A stretch of 64,000 bases of DNA, from the IMG/VR virus record IMGVR_UViG_3300046171_000197. One strand, written 5' to 3'. This DNA comes from a virus. Positions within the stretch are counted from its first letter, which is position 1; every line of letters starts with the position of its first letter. Of this stretch, positions 1 through 15,000 are shown in pieces. Both the position numbers and the translations under genes were made by a program. Below the pieces are notes generated by a model, which saw only the letters and a program-made list of their open reading frames with translations, was not told the DNA's origin and ran no database searches.

Positions 1-3000
1 GTTTCAACACCAGTTTCTCTCATACCAAGTTTCTTTAATATCCCACTCAGAACTAAGGTATTTGATTCAACTATAGATGATAAAGTATACTTTAATCCAC
101 ATGAATCTGTTGGTGTGGGTACAGTTGTTGGATTAGGATCAACCGCAACATCAACTTTAGGTGATTTAATAAGTGTTGTTTCAACTCCGACTCGTAGTAT
201 AAGACTACCAAATCATCCATTTAAAACAAATCAACAAATTACATTAACTAAACCAAGTGTAGGATATGCTCTAACAGTTTCAAAGGACGATGGAGCTACA
301 ACATTTAATATACCTGAAACAGGAAATAGTCAAAATGTATTTGTAATTAGAAAATCGAAAGATTACATTGGAATAGTAACTCAGGTTGGTTTAACAACAA
401 GTTCTGATGGATTATCTTTTGTAGGTGATACAACTGTTGGTTCAAGTAGTTTTGAATATTTGTTTGAGAGTAATTTTGATAAAGTAACTGGAAAATTACA
501 AAGAATAGATGCAGTAGTTTCAGTATCTACTGCACATGGTTTGATTGATAGTGATGTAATAAATCTATCTCTCAATCCAAGTCAATCTGTTGGAATAGGA
601 ACATCAACTCAAATAGATCTTAGATTTAACTCAAATACTCATAATTTATTAGTTAATCCATTTAATGTTGCATCTAGTGGAGTTACAACCTCAACTAATA
701 ACTTTAACTTTACTGCCCATAATTTAAATACAGGTGATAAAGTTCAATACATTTCAACTTCTATAACAGAAGGTTTATCAAATGAAGAGTCTTACTATGT
801 CTTTAAAGTTGATGATAATAATTTTAAATTAGGTGAAACATATTCTGATGTAACAAGTAACCCTGCAAATATTATTGAATTAAGTTCAACAGGTGGTGCA
901 ACAGGAAGTAATCATGAATTTTCATTAGTTAATCCACCAATACCTGTTCTAAGAGATAATAACTTAGTATTTGGAGTTGGTCATACATCTTTATCTGGAT
1001 ATGAACTTAATATTTACCACGATAAAGATTATAAAAATCAATTCGTATCAGTTGGAAATACAAATAATTTACAAGTCATAGGTGTTGGAACTGTTGGTGT
1101 TACATCAACTGCAACAGTTACATTAAATTATTCTATCAATAATCCATCTATTCTTTATTACAATATTAAAAAAACAGGATTTATCAGCACATCTGATACT
1201 GATGTTGTTAATTATAATAAAATTCATTATTTAAACAGTGATTATGATGGTGAATATTCAATCTTTAATGTTCCACCTGTTGTGGGTGCATCATATACAA
1301 GTTTTAGTATATCAATACCAAAAGTTCCAGAAAAATTATCATATACATCAGCAGAAACTAGTGTATTAAAATATTCTACAAAATCATCAAGAGCAAAAGG
1401 TCCTATTGATAGAGTGAATATTGATTTTGGTGGATTGGGTTATGATAGTCCTACCATCGTTTGTAAGTGTAGCATCAACACAGGGAACAAATGCTACATT
1501 GTTACCAGATTCTACAACAATTAATAGAGTAGATGATATTAGAATCTTAAATCCAGGTTTTGAATATTCATCCGATCCTACACTTAAACCAGAGGCATTT
1601 ATTTCTCCTGTAATTTCAATTATAAATTCAGATACAATATCAAATGTTGAAATACTTGATGGTGGTAAAAATTATACATCAACTCCTAATTTAGTAATTA
1701 TTAATCCAGTTACTAGAGTTGAAGATACTTCTGGAACAATAACTGGTACAGTTGCAAGTAACTCTTAAGTAATGTGGAAATTGTTGTTCCACCAAAAGGT
1801 CTACAATCAGTAACACATGAAATATTTGCAATAAACAATGACAATGGATCTACTGTAAGTAAATTAGTATATGATGCAGCAGTAGGTATTGTAACTTGTA
1901 CTCTTGTAACTCCAATATTAGGTTTCTCTGTTCCTCCATTCTCAGTAGACGAAGAAATATTTGTAGAAGGTCTTGAAAAATTCGGCAATACAGGAACAGG
2001 ATTTAATTCTGTTGAAAATGGATTTAATTTTTTCAAAATATCCGCAGTAAATAATATAAATCCTGCCACAGTTTCCTTTGATATATCTCCATTTACTACT
2101 AATGCTGGTATTGCAAAAACTATTCAGAATTCTTTTGGAACGATAGTAAGTCGCAATTCTTATCCACAATTTAAAGTTACTCAGGAAATTTCTAAATTTA
2201 GTGTTGGTGAAAAACTATTAGCTTTTGTAGGAACATCATATATTCCTGTAGATTTAAAAGTATCTGTTTCAACTAATGAATTTATAAAAGTTGTAGAGGA
2301 AACACCTGGCGCATTTAACTTAGTTACTGGTCAACTTATAAAAGGATTTGTTTCTGGTAATATAGCAACAATTAATACTATATCCAAGAATTCTGGAAGA
2401 TTTGATATTAGTTATTCATTAAGACAAGATCAAGGTTGGAATAATGATATAGGTAAATTAAGTCAAGATTATCAACTAATACCAGACAATGATTATTATC
2501 AAAATTTATCTTACAGTGTAAAAAGTTCAGTAACTTATGAAACTTTAGTCAGTTCTGTGAATAGATTGCTTCACACTAGTGGACTTAAGAATTTTGCAGA
2601 TGTAGGAATAACATCAACCACTAGTGTAGGTATTACAACTTCAAGTTTTGCAGATACTCTTGCTTTAGATTTTATTGATAAAAAGAGAGTTGATACAATT
2701 AACAACTTTGATTTTGCTTTAGATATTGATACTGTTGATGGAAAATCAAAATTCCTTAAATTAAAAAATACAAAATTATCACCTTATATTGAATGTAAAA
2801 CAAACCGTGTTTTAGAAATAGATGATATATCTGCTTTATTCAAAAGCACTGCTACAACTTTAACTCAATTCTTAGATTTATCAATAAATGCAAGGTATGC
2901 AACATTTTTAGTGCAGATCAGAGATCCTAACACAGGAAACACTCAAATATCTGACATTATTTTATTTAAAGATAGTCTTAATATATTTACTGCTGAAAGA

Positions 3001-6000
3001 TCAAAAATTCATACAACTCCATCAGAACTTGGTGGCTCTACTTGGACAAATGGATGGTTCTAGTAATGTAAGTTTAAAATTTACTCCAGATGATCCAGAA
3101 AACAATGACTATGATCTAAAGATACTTCAAACTTCATTCAATACAAATTTAACAGGTATTGGAACTCAATCAATAGGATTTATAAATTTATCTGGTATAA
3201 ACACTACAGTAGCAACAGCAACTACATCTACAATTATATCAACCAATATTAATAATACAGACGCATTTTTTGCATCAATTGAAGTAAATGATCTTGCAAC
3301 AGATGAAACTAATTTTGTTGATGTATATTTGACACATGATGGATCATCCTCATACATAGCAGAATTTTATGCAGATACTGAAAATGCTTCAACATCTAAT
3401 TTTATAGGAACATTCACCTCAGACATTACTTCAAATATTTTATCATTGAACTTTGAAAATGATCAACCAAATGAAGTTCTAGTTAGATCAAGAGTAATTG
3501 GTATTGGAACAACAGCAGCGGGAATTGGAACCTATAGATTCAAGTTAACTGGTCAACTTGATGGAACTGAAAAAACTACTAGATTTGAATCTAATTTCTC
3601 AAACGTATCAGTAGCATCTACAATTGCAACATTCTTAGAAAATGAGATTTCTACTTTAAAGGGATTTGTAAGAGTTTCAAGTGGTTCAACAAGTGCTCTG
3701 CATCAAGTTTTAGTTGCTCATGATTCTACTGATTCACATAGTGTTCAATATCCATTCATATCAATAGGTAGTACTTCAGGTATAGGAACATTTTCTTCAA
3801 CTTTAGTTGGTAATGATTTAAACCTCAACTTCCATCCAGATCCTCTTTATACTGGTGGAACTAATAGTGTTCAGGTACAAACATTTACAGAAGCATTCTA
3901 TACTCAAAGTGATTTATTAAATATACCACCAGATTTACAATACGGAACAGTTACAGAGTCTTTATTCTTAGGACAATATGATGCATTAAATGGTGCAAGA
4001 TCGGATAAGACAAGTTTTGCACTTCAAAATGATTCTACACCAATATTCCAAAAGCAATTTAATCCTGCAGATGCATCAAGCTTAGATACATCAACTGGTA
4101 TCTTTACAATTAAAGATCACTTCTTTGAAACTGGTGAGAGATTAATATATGTACCAGGTTCAACATTTGAAGGTATATCAGTAACTGGAATTACAACTGC
4201 TGGTGGTACTTTAGGTTCAGAAGTATATGCTATTAGATTAACAAAAGATACATTTAAAATATCAAAATCTCGTCCTGATGCATTAGCAGATATTGCAGTT
4301 ACATTTACTGGAACAGGATCTGGTAATGCTCATGAGTTTGAAATGTTTAAGAAAAATGAGAAAGCATTGATATCAATTGATGGTGTAATACAATCACCAA
4401 TGGCATTTACACCAATTACTACAGATCTGGAATACAATATTACAAATACTCAAACAACATTCAGTGTAACTGGAATTTCTTCAATACAATCAAATGACAT
4501 CATTAAAATAAATGATGAATTTATGAAGATAACAAATGTTGGTCTGGGAACTACATCAGTTGGTCCAATAACTCAAACTGGATCAGTAAATGTTTTAATT
4601 GTAGAGAGAGGTGCAATAGGATCTGCTTCTACAAATCATAGTTCAGGTGCAACAACTAGATTATTCTCTGGTGGTTACAACATTGTCGATAGCACAGTTC
4701 ATTTCACAGATTCACCAAAAGGAGATGCAAATGCCACACAAAAGACACAAGCAAACTTAGATCCTGTTAGATCAACCTTTAATGGAAGAGTATATTTAAG
4801 ACAAGATTATAGCACAAATACTGTATTTGATGATATTTCTGATGGATTTACTGGAATAGCTGCAACACATCCATTAAGAGTTGGAGGTGCAAGCACATCT
4901 GGTATTCAAACAGGAAGTAGTATATTACTATTAAATGGAATATTCCAAACACCAAGCACATTTAATAATTTAGGTAATAATTATGAGTTTAATGAGGTTG
5001 GTGGTGAAAGTAATGTAGTATTTACTGGAATAACATCATCTAATGGACAGAAAATTATTAGTGATACAGATGTAAATCAAAATCAACTTCCAAGAGGTGG
5101 TATAATTGTTTCAGTCGGATCAACTGGTGGATTGGGTGTTGCTCCTCTTGCAGGTGCAAAAGTTAAAGCAGATATAGATGGAAGTGGATCAATAGTTGGT
5201 ATCGTTGGTATTGCAACTACTGGTGGTTCATTTGGAATAAGCACAGCAAGTTATAACCATTTAACAGGTCAACTTCAAGTCACCACTTCAGGTAATCATG
5301 AATTTAGAAAAATTAATGAGTTTATTAGATTAGATGGAATGGTATTTAATCCATCATTAAGTATTCCAAGTAACAGAGAATTTAGTATAACTGGTATATT
5401 ATCATCAACTACATTTACAACTGATATTGGAGTAGATGCACAAGCACATGCATATGTTGGTTTAGGAACTGTCACTGAATATCTTGCTGATTTATCACTT
5501 GGTTCTGGTTATCGTCATCCAGTTTCTGTTGCAGTTACAGATAGAACTGGATCAGGTTCTGGTGCAGCAGTTTCTGTTGCAGTAGGTGCTGGTGGTTCAT
5601 TATCATTCACAGTTGATAGTAGTGGTTCTGGATATACTAAACCTGTCATAGTTATACCTGACCCATCATATGAAAATCTACCAATTGTTGGAGTTTCTAG
5701 AAGAGGTATTGGATCTACCACTGATACTGGAACAGGTGTTACAGTAGATGTTATGGTAGGAGCTGCTAATACTACAGTTGGTATAGGATCTACATCTTTT
5801 GAAGTTGTTAACTTTAAATTGAATAACAATGGATATAACTTTAAATTAGGTGATGTATTCAAACCTGTTGGATTAGTTACTGATAAATCTCTATCATCAT
5901 TGATAAATGATTTTGAATTAACAGTTACTGAAGTATTCAAAGATCAGTATTCATCTTGGAATTTTGGTCAATTTGACTTTATTGATTCTATAAAAGATTT

Positions 6001-7471
6001 ACAAAATGGTGTACGAAAGAGATTCCCAATATTCTATAATGCAAGTTTATTAAGTTTTGAGGTAGATCCAGATAATCCAGATTCATCACTGATTGATCTT
6101 GATGCGTTATTACTTATATTTGTAAATGGAGTAATACAAGAACCAAACAAATCTTATACCTTTGATGGTGGTTCATCATTCGAGTTTGTACAAGCACCTG
6201 ATGCTAATGACATTATTGATATATTCTTCTATAAAGGAACAACTGGTGTTGATTCAGTTCAAGTATCTGCAGGAGCATCAATAGCACCTACTATAAAAAC
6301 TGGTGATGTTGTTCAATTATATAAAGTTGGTGTAACAACAACTCAAGATCCAAGAACAATATTCTCAATCTTAGCATCTGATGAAGTTGAAACTAATCTT
6401 TATACTGGACTAGGTGTTAATGAGACAACATATAAACCATTTAGTTGGATAAAACAAAAGATAGACAAAAAAGTAAATGGTGAAATAATATCTAAATCTA
6501 GAGACTCTATTGAATCTCAGGTATATCCAACTGCTAGAATTATTGATGATATAACAACTACTGATAATCAACTATTTGTTGATAATGCAAAATTCTTTAA
6601 TTATGAAGAAGATTTCTCAAGTTTAGTAATTGGTAGTGTTGGGGGATTAATAGTCGGTTCAACAAATCCTGTTGCTGCTGGATTTACTGCAGTTGTCTCA
6701 GCTGCTGGTACAATATCATCACTTTCTATTACAAGTGGTGGTAGTGGTTACGTAGGATCTACAACTTCAATTTCAATTTCTGCTCCTCATGCTATAGGAG
6801 TAGGTGTCGGAACAACTGCAGTTGCAACTGCATCGATCACTAATGGTGTAATAACAGGAACAACAATAACAAATCCTGGTTTTGGATACACATATATTGC
6901 AGTTCCTCAAGTCTTAGCACCACTTCCAAATGCAGTAAAAGAGGATATTGATACAATCACAACCGTTCAAGGATTTGATGGTGCAATCACAGGTATAGGT
7001 GTAACTGGTGGAATAGGACATCCAACTGCTCTTAAATTTACAATAAGTGCGGATTTAACAAATAATCCAAATTCAGTTCTTACAGATTTAAAAGTTGGTT
7101 ATCCAATATACATATTTGGAACACAAGTTGGACATGGTGTTACCTCAGTTGTGAGTGATAATTCCACTGTTGTTGCAACTGGAACAACATGTGTTGATAA
7201 TATCTACTTTGTAAATGCCTTTAATTCAGGTGTTGGTATTATTACATGTAATATAATGACTGGTGTTAATACTACTGGTATAGATACTTCTGGTTCAACA
7301 ATCGGTGGTTTCTCTTGGGGAAGATTCTCTGGATTTACCAGAGGTTCAAATCCTGTATCAATAGGTGTTACTGGTCTAACAATAGACTCTGGATTAACAA
7401 CTTACCCATCTATCCAGAGAAGGGATTTCGGTCTTAGAGACAACGGTTCTTTAAGAAAGGATCTTGGGTAG
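1..7471 (+). CDS. gp7: Baseplate wedge initiator gp7-like giant structural protein (5'-partial; reconstructed across 3 frameshifts at ~1450, ~1765, ~3035)
   Basis: Frame 1 is open from base 1. ORFs 115-1524, 1421-1768, 1774-3063 and 3029-7471 join by single-base shifts. Motifs DNDYYQNLSYSVKS and LLHTSGLKNFAD; Gly/Thr-rich beta repeats; lies immediately upstream of gp8. Confidence 0.75.
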
Positions 7472-7479
7472 TATAAATA
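7472..7479 (+). promoter_or_regulatory. T4-type late promoter (TATAAATA)
   Basis: Exact TATAAATA ending 18 nt before the gp8 ATG; gp55 is encoded in the window. Confidence 0.75.
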
Positions 7480-7497
7480 TAGAAAAAAGCTAATGAT

Positions 7498-9066
7498 ATG
7501 GCTGCAATTGTAACAGATCAATTTAGAATTCTAAATGCAAATAACTTTGTAGAGACAGTGGATGACTCTGCAAATTCTTATTATGTCACATTAGGTTTGG
7601 CTAATCCAGCACTTGCAGTTGGTTTTGGTAGAACCACTACTTGGAATACTGATACACCCAATCCAACAGATAATTTTAATTACATAGACCATTCTGGAGA
7701 TACAACAATATTTGGTAAGAAGGTTACTAGTGCGAATATAAGAAGATTAATAACAAGAAGAAACTGGACTCAGGGAACAAGATATGAAATGTATCGTCAT
7801 GATTACAGTGTTACGAATCCTTCACCCGTTACAAACTCAACAAGATTGTATGATTCAAGTTATTATGTAATTAATAAAAACTTTGATGTTTATGTTTGTA
7901 TCGATAATGGTTCTTCAGGCATCAGTTCAACTGGAAATGCATCACAAGATGAACCCCTATTTACTGATTTAGAACCATCAAGAGCAGGTGAAAGTGGTGA
8001 TGGATATATTTGGAAGTATCTATTCACAGTTCCTCCAAGTGATATTATAAAATTTGATTCAACAGAATATATTTCAGTTCCAAGTGGTTGGCCAACTTCT
8101 TCAGAAACTCAAATACAGTCTGTAAGAGAGAATGGAGATTCAACCATAAACAATAATCAAATTAAAAAAGTTTATGTTGATAAACAAGGTTTTGGATATT
8201 CTCAAAATATTGTTGGTAGAGAAGTTGATATTGTTGGAGATGGTACGGGTGCAAAAGTTATCATTGACACTGATAGTAATGGTAAAATAGTAAAAACAGT
8301 TGTTTCTTCGGGTGGTCAAGGTTACACTTATGGAATGGTTGATTTAGGACCACTTGGAAATAGTGGTGTTTCAGTTGGTAATTTTGCTAAATTAATACCA
8401 ATTATTCCACCATCTAATGGACATGGTTTTGATTTATATAAGGAGTTGGGAACTGATAAAATTTTAGTTTATGCAAGATTTGATGATTCAACAAAAGATT
8501 TTCCAACAGATACTAAATTTGCACAAATTAGTATAATTAAGAATCCAACATCTATTGGATCTACATCTGTCTTTACTGCTAATGATTTTTCATCAGTCAA
8601 TGCTATAAAGATTGTTTCACCAACTGGAACTCCAACTATTGGAGAAAAAATTAAACAAACTGTTACTGGTGGAACAGCTGAGGGATATATTGTTTCTTAT
8701 GATACTGATACTAACGTAATTAAGTATTATCAAGATAGATCACTATTCTTTAATCAGACTAGTTCTGATCAAACAGACTATGTTGGAATTACAACTGGAT
8801 CTAAAGTTTTGCAGTTTGAATCATCAGCAGAGAGTGTAATTGCACCTACAAGTGGATTTAATGCCACTGTAGATCAAAACTTTACTGGAATAAGCACTAA
8901 TCCAACTGGAAATAAGGTTATTTCATTAGGTGTGAACTTTACAAATGGTCTTGCGTCTGCTGAGATAAATAAAAAGTCGGGTGAAATAATTTACTTAGAT
9001 AATCGACCACTAGTTACTAGGAATCCTAGACAAAAAGAAGACATTAAAATCATCTTGGAATTTTAA
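7498..9066 (+). CDS. gp8: Baseplate wedge subunit gp8
   Basis: MAAIVTDQFRILNA start, RRNWTQG..YEMYRHDY, VYVCIDN, DGYIWKYLF, C-terminal GEIIYLDNR..RNPRQKEDIKIILEF typical of cyanomyovirus gp8. Confidence 0.9.
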   Translation: MAAIVTDQFRILNANNFVETVDDSANSYYVTLGLANPALAVGFGRTTTWNTDTPNPTDNFNYIDHSGDTTIFGKKVTSANIRRLITRRNWTQGTRYEMYRHDYSVTNPSPVTNSTRLYDSSYYVINKNFDVYVCIDNGSSGISSTGNASQDEPLFTDLEPSRAGESGDGYIWKYLFTVPPSDIIKFDSTEYISVPSGWPTSSETQIQSVRENGDSTINNNQIKKVYVDKQGFGYSQNIVGREVDIVGDGTGAKVIIDTDSNGKIVKTVVSSGGQGYTYGMVDLGPLGNSGVSVGNFAKLIPIIPPSNGHGFDLYKELGTDKILVYARFDDSTKDFPTDTKFAQISIIKNPTSIGSTSVFTANDFSSVNAIKIVSPTGTPTIGEKIKQTVTGGTAEGYIVSYDTDTNVIKYYQDRSLFFNQTSSDQTDYVGITTGSKVLQFESSAESVIAPTSGFNATVDQNFTGISTNPTGNKVISLGVNFTNGLASAEINKKSGEIIYLDNRPLVTRNPRQKEDIKIILEF

Positions 9067-9069
9067 AAA

Positions 9070-12000
9070 ATGCCACAAAAAACGAATTTAAATATAAGTC
9101 CTTATTATGATGATTTTAATAAGGAAGATAAATTTTACAAAGTCCTATTTAAACCAGGATTCCCTGTTCAAGCAAGAGAATTAACACAGTCTCAATCAAT
9201 TCTTCAGAATCAAATTGAGTCATTTGGTAGTCACATCTTTAAAGATGGGTCTATGGTGATACCTGGTAATATAAATTTTGATCAACAATATCATTCAATT
9301 AGAATATTAGATAGTCATTTAGGTATTCCAGTAACATTATACCTAGAGCAATTAATAGGATTAAGATTAAAAGGTCAAACTTCTGGTATTGTTTTAACGA
9401 TTGATAGTTTTGAATTAGCTGGGACAAACACACAGATAGATGATTTAACAATATATGTTAAATATTTGGAATCAGGGGATAATAACGAAATATCAAATTT
9501 AAATGATGGGGAGCAATTAATAGTTCAAGAATCATTTATCTACGGAAATACTGCGATTAATGAAGGTGAAACCGTTCTTACATTAGTCGATACTAATGCT
9601 TCTGCAGTTGGATCTGCAGTTGGTATATCTTCTGGAACATATTTTATTAGAGGAAATTTTGTAGATGTATCCACAGATAAAATTGTTTTAGATCCATATT
9701 CAAACACACCATCATATAGGGTTGGTTTAAATATTGATGAGCAATTAATTACTGCTAAAAATGATGACTCTTTATATGATAATGCAAGAGGATTTTCAAA
9801 CTTTGCTGCACCAGGTGCCGATAGATTAAAAATAACCACAACTTTAGGAAAGAAAAGTCTAACTGATTTTAACGATACAAACTTTATTGAATTGTTGAGA
9901 TTGGATGAAGGTGAAATCAAAAAAATTGTTAAAAAATCAGATTATTCTTTAATTAGAGATTATTTTGCTGAAAGAACATTTGATGAATCTGGAAACTATT
10001 CTGTTGATGAATTTAATGTTCAGTTATTTAATTCATTAAATGATGGTATATCAAACGAAGGTATTTTTAGATCAAATGAAGTAACTGACCAACAGAATAC
10101 ACCATCTGATGATTTAATGTGTGTAAAAGTATCACCTGGAAAGGCATACGTAAAAGGTTATGATATTAATTTAGGTGGAACATCAATCATAGATGTAGAA
10201 AAACCGAGAGACAAGCAAACAGTAGGATCATCATTAGTTCCATATCAAATGGGAACTATTTTAAGAGTAAATAATGTTTTTGGAGCTCCTTCACCAAATA
10301 TTAACGAAGATACTTATTGTTTAGAATTTTATAATCAAAGAACAGGTTCAAATACTGCTGGAACAGGAGAATTAGTAGGAAAGGCAAGAGTTTATTCCTT
10401 TACAGTATCTGATGCTTCTTATGTTAATGATGCTAGTGAATGGGATTTACATCTATTCGATATGCAAACATTCACTCGTTTAGAACTTAATCAAGCTGTA
10501 AGTAATGCTGAACTTCCTAATACTTCTTTTGTAAGAGGGGTAAGTAGTGGTGCAACTGGATATGCAATAGCAGCAGGTGGTGCTAGTGCAGTTGTTAAAT
10601 TGACTCAAGTTACTGGTATATTTGTAGCTGGTGAACAAATCATTATTAATGAGGATACAGAAATATCAAGATCAATCAAAACTGTTAGAACTTTTGGTAT
10701 ACAAGATATTAAATCGGTTTATCAAGATACTTCTTCTGTATCTGGATATGCTGCTGATTTTGTTGCTGATACAGTATTACAAAGCAGAGTACCAACTGGT
10801 TTTAGTATTACTGACAATTTAAATATAAATGCTGCTGGTATTGCCACATGTGCAGGTAGAAGTTTTACAGGTATAAAAACAGATACTATTGTTAGATACC
10901 AGTTAACAGGTGAAACAACAGAAAGGTTTAATAGAGTTATAGATGTTGATACTACTGGATTATTCATTGAATTAGCTGCTGTTACTAGTATTACTGGTGT
11001 GTGTAATGGTGCATTACCTACTGGTGAATCTGTATCACCTACATTCAGTTTCGGAGTTACTAATATAAATCTAAACGAAAATAAAGGTCTATATGCAGAA
11101 TTAGGAAATAGAAATGTATCTGATATTGATTTATCAACTGCTAATTTAACAGTGGGTAAAAATATAACAGGAGAGACCACAGATGGATCTGGTGTTTTAA
11201 CATTTGATCTTGCTGCTAGTGGTATTTCAAGTGCATTTTATGAAGGTTTCGATGCTGAAAGATATTCAGTTCACTATTCAAATGGATCAATCGAACAATT
11301 AACATCAGATCAATTTGTTTTAGGTGCAAGTGGACAGTCTGTTACTATAAATGGATTAACAGCTAGTCAATCAAACGTTGTTGTAAGCACAACTCTTAAA
11401 AAACAAGCATTAAAGAGTAAGCAAAAAAATTATATTAGAAGTGAAAAAATAGAAGTTCTTAAAACTGCTGTAGGAATAAACACAACTCTTACAGGAATGG
11501 ATCAAGCTACTGGTTATGGTCTAAGAGTAGAGGATAGAGAAATATCATTAAATGTTCCTGATGTAGCAAAAGTTATTGGAGTTTTTGAGTCAATTGACAG
11601 TAATTCACCAACACTTGATAGATTAACATTCCCTAGTGGTTTAAGTTTAGATACAGCAGCAATAGTAGGTGAAAGAATACTTGGTGATAGTAGTGATGCA
11701 GTGGCACAAATAACTGCATTAATATCTGCAACACAAGTTGAAATAGCATACTTAACACCATCTAAATTTACAATCGGTGAGGTTTGTAACTTTGATGAAT
11801 CAAATATATCTACAACACTACAACTTATAACTGTTGGAAATAATTTAAATATTACAAATAGATTTGAACTTGATAAGGGTCAAAGAGAACAATTCTATGA
11901 TTATTCTCGACTTGTAAGAAGAGTTAATTTTCCACCCCCAACTAGAAAAGTTTTAGTTGTATTTGACAAATATATTTTACCAGCTAATGATACTGGAGAT

Positions 12001-15000
12001 TTTTATACAGTTGCATCATATGATGAAGAAAGATTCTCTCATGATGTACCATTACTGAAAAATGGATTAAGAGCAACCTGATACTATTGATTTTAGACCA
12101 AGAGTTGCAACTTACACTGGTGCAGAATCACCATTTGCTTTTAAGAATAGAACTTTTTCATCTACTTTCAATCCATCATTTATTGTAACTCCAAATGAAA
12201 GTTCAATCATCGGATATAATTTCTACTTACCACGAAATGATAGGGTCGTTTTAGATATTTTAGGAAATCTATCAGTAATTAAAGGAACATCATCAACTGA
12301 TCCAACAACTCCTGTAGTATCTGAAAATGCAATGGAAGTTGCAACCTATTCAATTACCTGCATATCTTTATAATCCTGATGATGCAATCATAAGAGTTTC
12401 TGATAATGTCAGATATACTATGAAAGATATTGGTAGACTTGAAGATAGAATAGATGTTTTAGAAGAAGTTACTTCGTTGAGTTTACTAGAACTTGATACA
12501 AAAACTCTACAAGTTCAAGACGCTGATGGTTTATCAAGATTTAAAACTGGTTTCTTTGTTGATGATTTTAAAAATGTAGATCTTTTAGATACTAATGATC
12601 CAGATTGTAAAATTACTGTTAACTCTGATAATAGAGAATTAGAGGTTCCTCAAGATTTCTGGTCTATGAAACCAGAATTAGCACTTGATTTAACAACTAA
12701 TGTTGATACTGCTGATTTTTCACAAGATCTTCAATTATTAGATACTAATGTTAAGAAAACTGGAGATTTAATAACTCTAAATTATGAAGAAGTTGATTGG
12801 ATAAATCAACCATTAGCATCAAGAGTAGAAAATGTTAACCCATTTAATATGGTTGAATTTCTTGGTAACATTGAATTAAAACCATTTGCTGATACTTGGG
12901 TTAGAAATGTGTTTGTAGATGGTGGTGTTAGGAGATTAACACAAGGAAATCGCAATCGAAGATTTATTGAGACTCTTCTTACAAATCAAGCACCTGATAC
13001 ACATATTAGATCTAGAAACGTTGCTTTTACAGCAAACGGATTAAGACCAATTGCTAGATTCTATCCATTCTTTGATAGTGTAAGTGGAATAGATATTGTT
13101 CCAAAACTACTTGAAATATCCATGACAAATGGAATATTCCAAAAAGGTGAAACAGTAGAGGCATATGATTCAACTGGTGCTCGTGTTGCAATATTCAGAA
13201 TTGCTCAACCAGATCATAAATTAGGAGATATCAATTCACCTGAAGAAACATTTAATGCAAATCCATATAATACATCTACATCACTTGGTTCTGTATATTC
13301 AGCATCATCAAGTGTCTTAAATATTGATGTTTTATCATTAGCAGACGAAGCACAGGGAAGATTTTTTGGATATATCCCTACAAGTAATGTTACTTTATTA
13401 GGTCAAAGTAGTGGTGCACAAGCAGAAATGGCTAATGTTAGATTAGTCGCAGATACATATGGAGATCTTTATGGATCATTCTTCTTTAGAGATCCACTAA
13501 CAAGTCCACCACCACCATTAAGGTTTAAAACAGGTATTAGTACATTTAAATTAACCTCAAGTTCTGTAAATGCAGAACCATTACCTGGTAGTTTACTAAT
13601 AAGTTCTGGTGAGACTACTTATCAAGCAGAAGGTAGAGTAGATACATTTACAAACACCTTAGTAATCATAAGAAGAAGACGTATGTGTGACCCTCTTGCT
13701 CAGTCATTTACGACTGATGAGAGTGGTGCATTTGTAACTGCTGTTGATTTATTCTTTGGTAGTAAAGATCCTAGTCAAAAATTAGCAGTTGAATTAAGAA
13801 CAATGGAGTTGGGTCTTCCAACAAATACACTTGTTCAAGATTATTCTCGTGTTGTTGTCAATCCAAATGATATTAATATATCAACTAATGCTGAGATACC
13901 AACAAGAATAAAATTCCCATCTCCAGTTTATCTTGAACCTGGTAGAGAATATGCACTTGTATTATTAGCACCTACAACAAATCTTTATGAAGCATGGATT
14001 GCTCAGATGGGTGAGAGGACTGTAAATACACAGAGTCTACCAGATGCTGAATCAGTTGTTGTGACTCGTCAGTATGTTGGTGGAAGTTTATTTAAATCAC
14101 AAAATGGTACTATATGGACACCAAGCCAGTTTGAAGATCTTAAATTTAAACTACGCAAGGCACAATTCTCAACCTACTGCTGGTTCTGCATTCTTCTATA
14201 ATCCAAAATTAGAGAAAAATTCTAGTATTATTGAAAGATTGATTCCAAATGCAATCAAAACATTACCAAGAAAATTAAAAGTTGGTATTACAACTACGAC
14301 TCATGCATCATCAATTGCAAAATTATCTCTTGGTACTCAGGTAAGTGATTCTACATCTGCGACTGCAATTCAAGGTTATATTGAACAGGTCGGTGGTCCA
14401 ATTAATACATTTGCCATAACAAATGGAGGAATAGGATTTAAAGCAAGTCAAAGTAGTATTGCTAACGTTCCTTTATATGCAATCACTGGAAGGGGTACAG
14501 GTGCGACTGCAACAGTTACTACTAATAGTTCAGGGCAAGTATCATCAATTAGTTTAACAAGTAATACAGGTGGTTCTGGATATGTTGTAGGAGATGTTCT
14601 AGGAATTACAACATCACATGGTATTGGTGATAAAAAAGGAAGTGGTGCTGAAATTACAGTTACTGCGTTAAATGGAAGAAGTACTTTATACTTGAATAAC
14701 GTTCAGGGTGAGGCATTTACAACAGGACAACCATTAGTAGTTTATGAAGGAAGCACTGCAACATCTTATGGTAGTACAACAATTACATCATCAGCAACAT
14801 ATGATGACAAGTATGCTGGTAATGTAATTGAAGTTGAACAATACAATCATGGTATGCAAGCTGATACTAATTTAGTTACTCTTGCAAATATCGAACCAGA
14901 TACTGAACCCGTTCTTCTTACAGATTTCTTAGATGTTTCTGATCAAGTTATATCTGTTGCAAACACAACAGCTTATGCAACGTTTAATGGAATATCTACT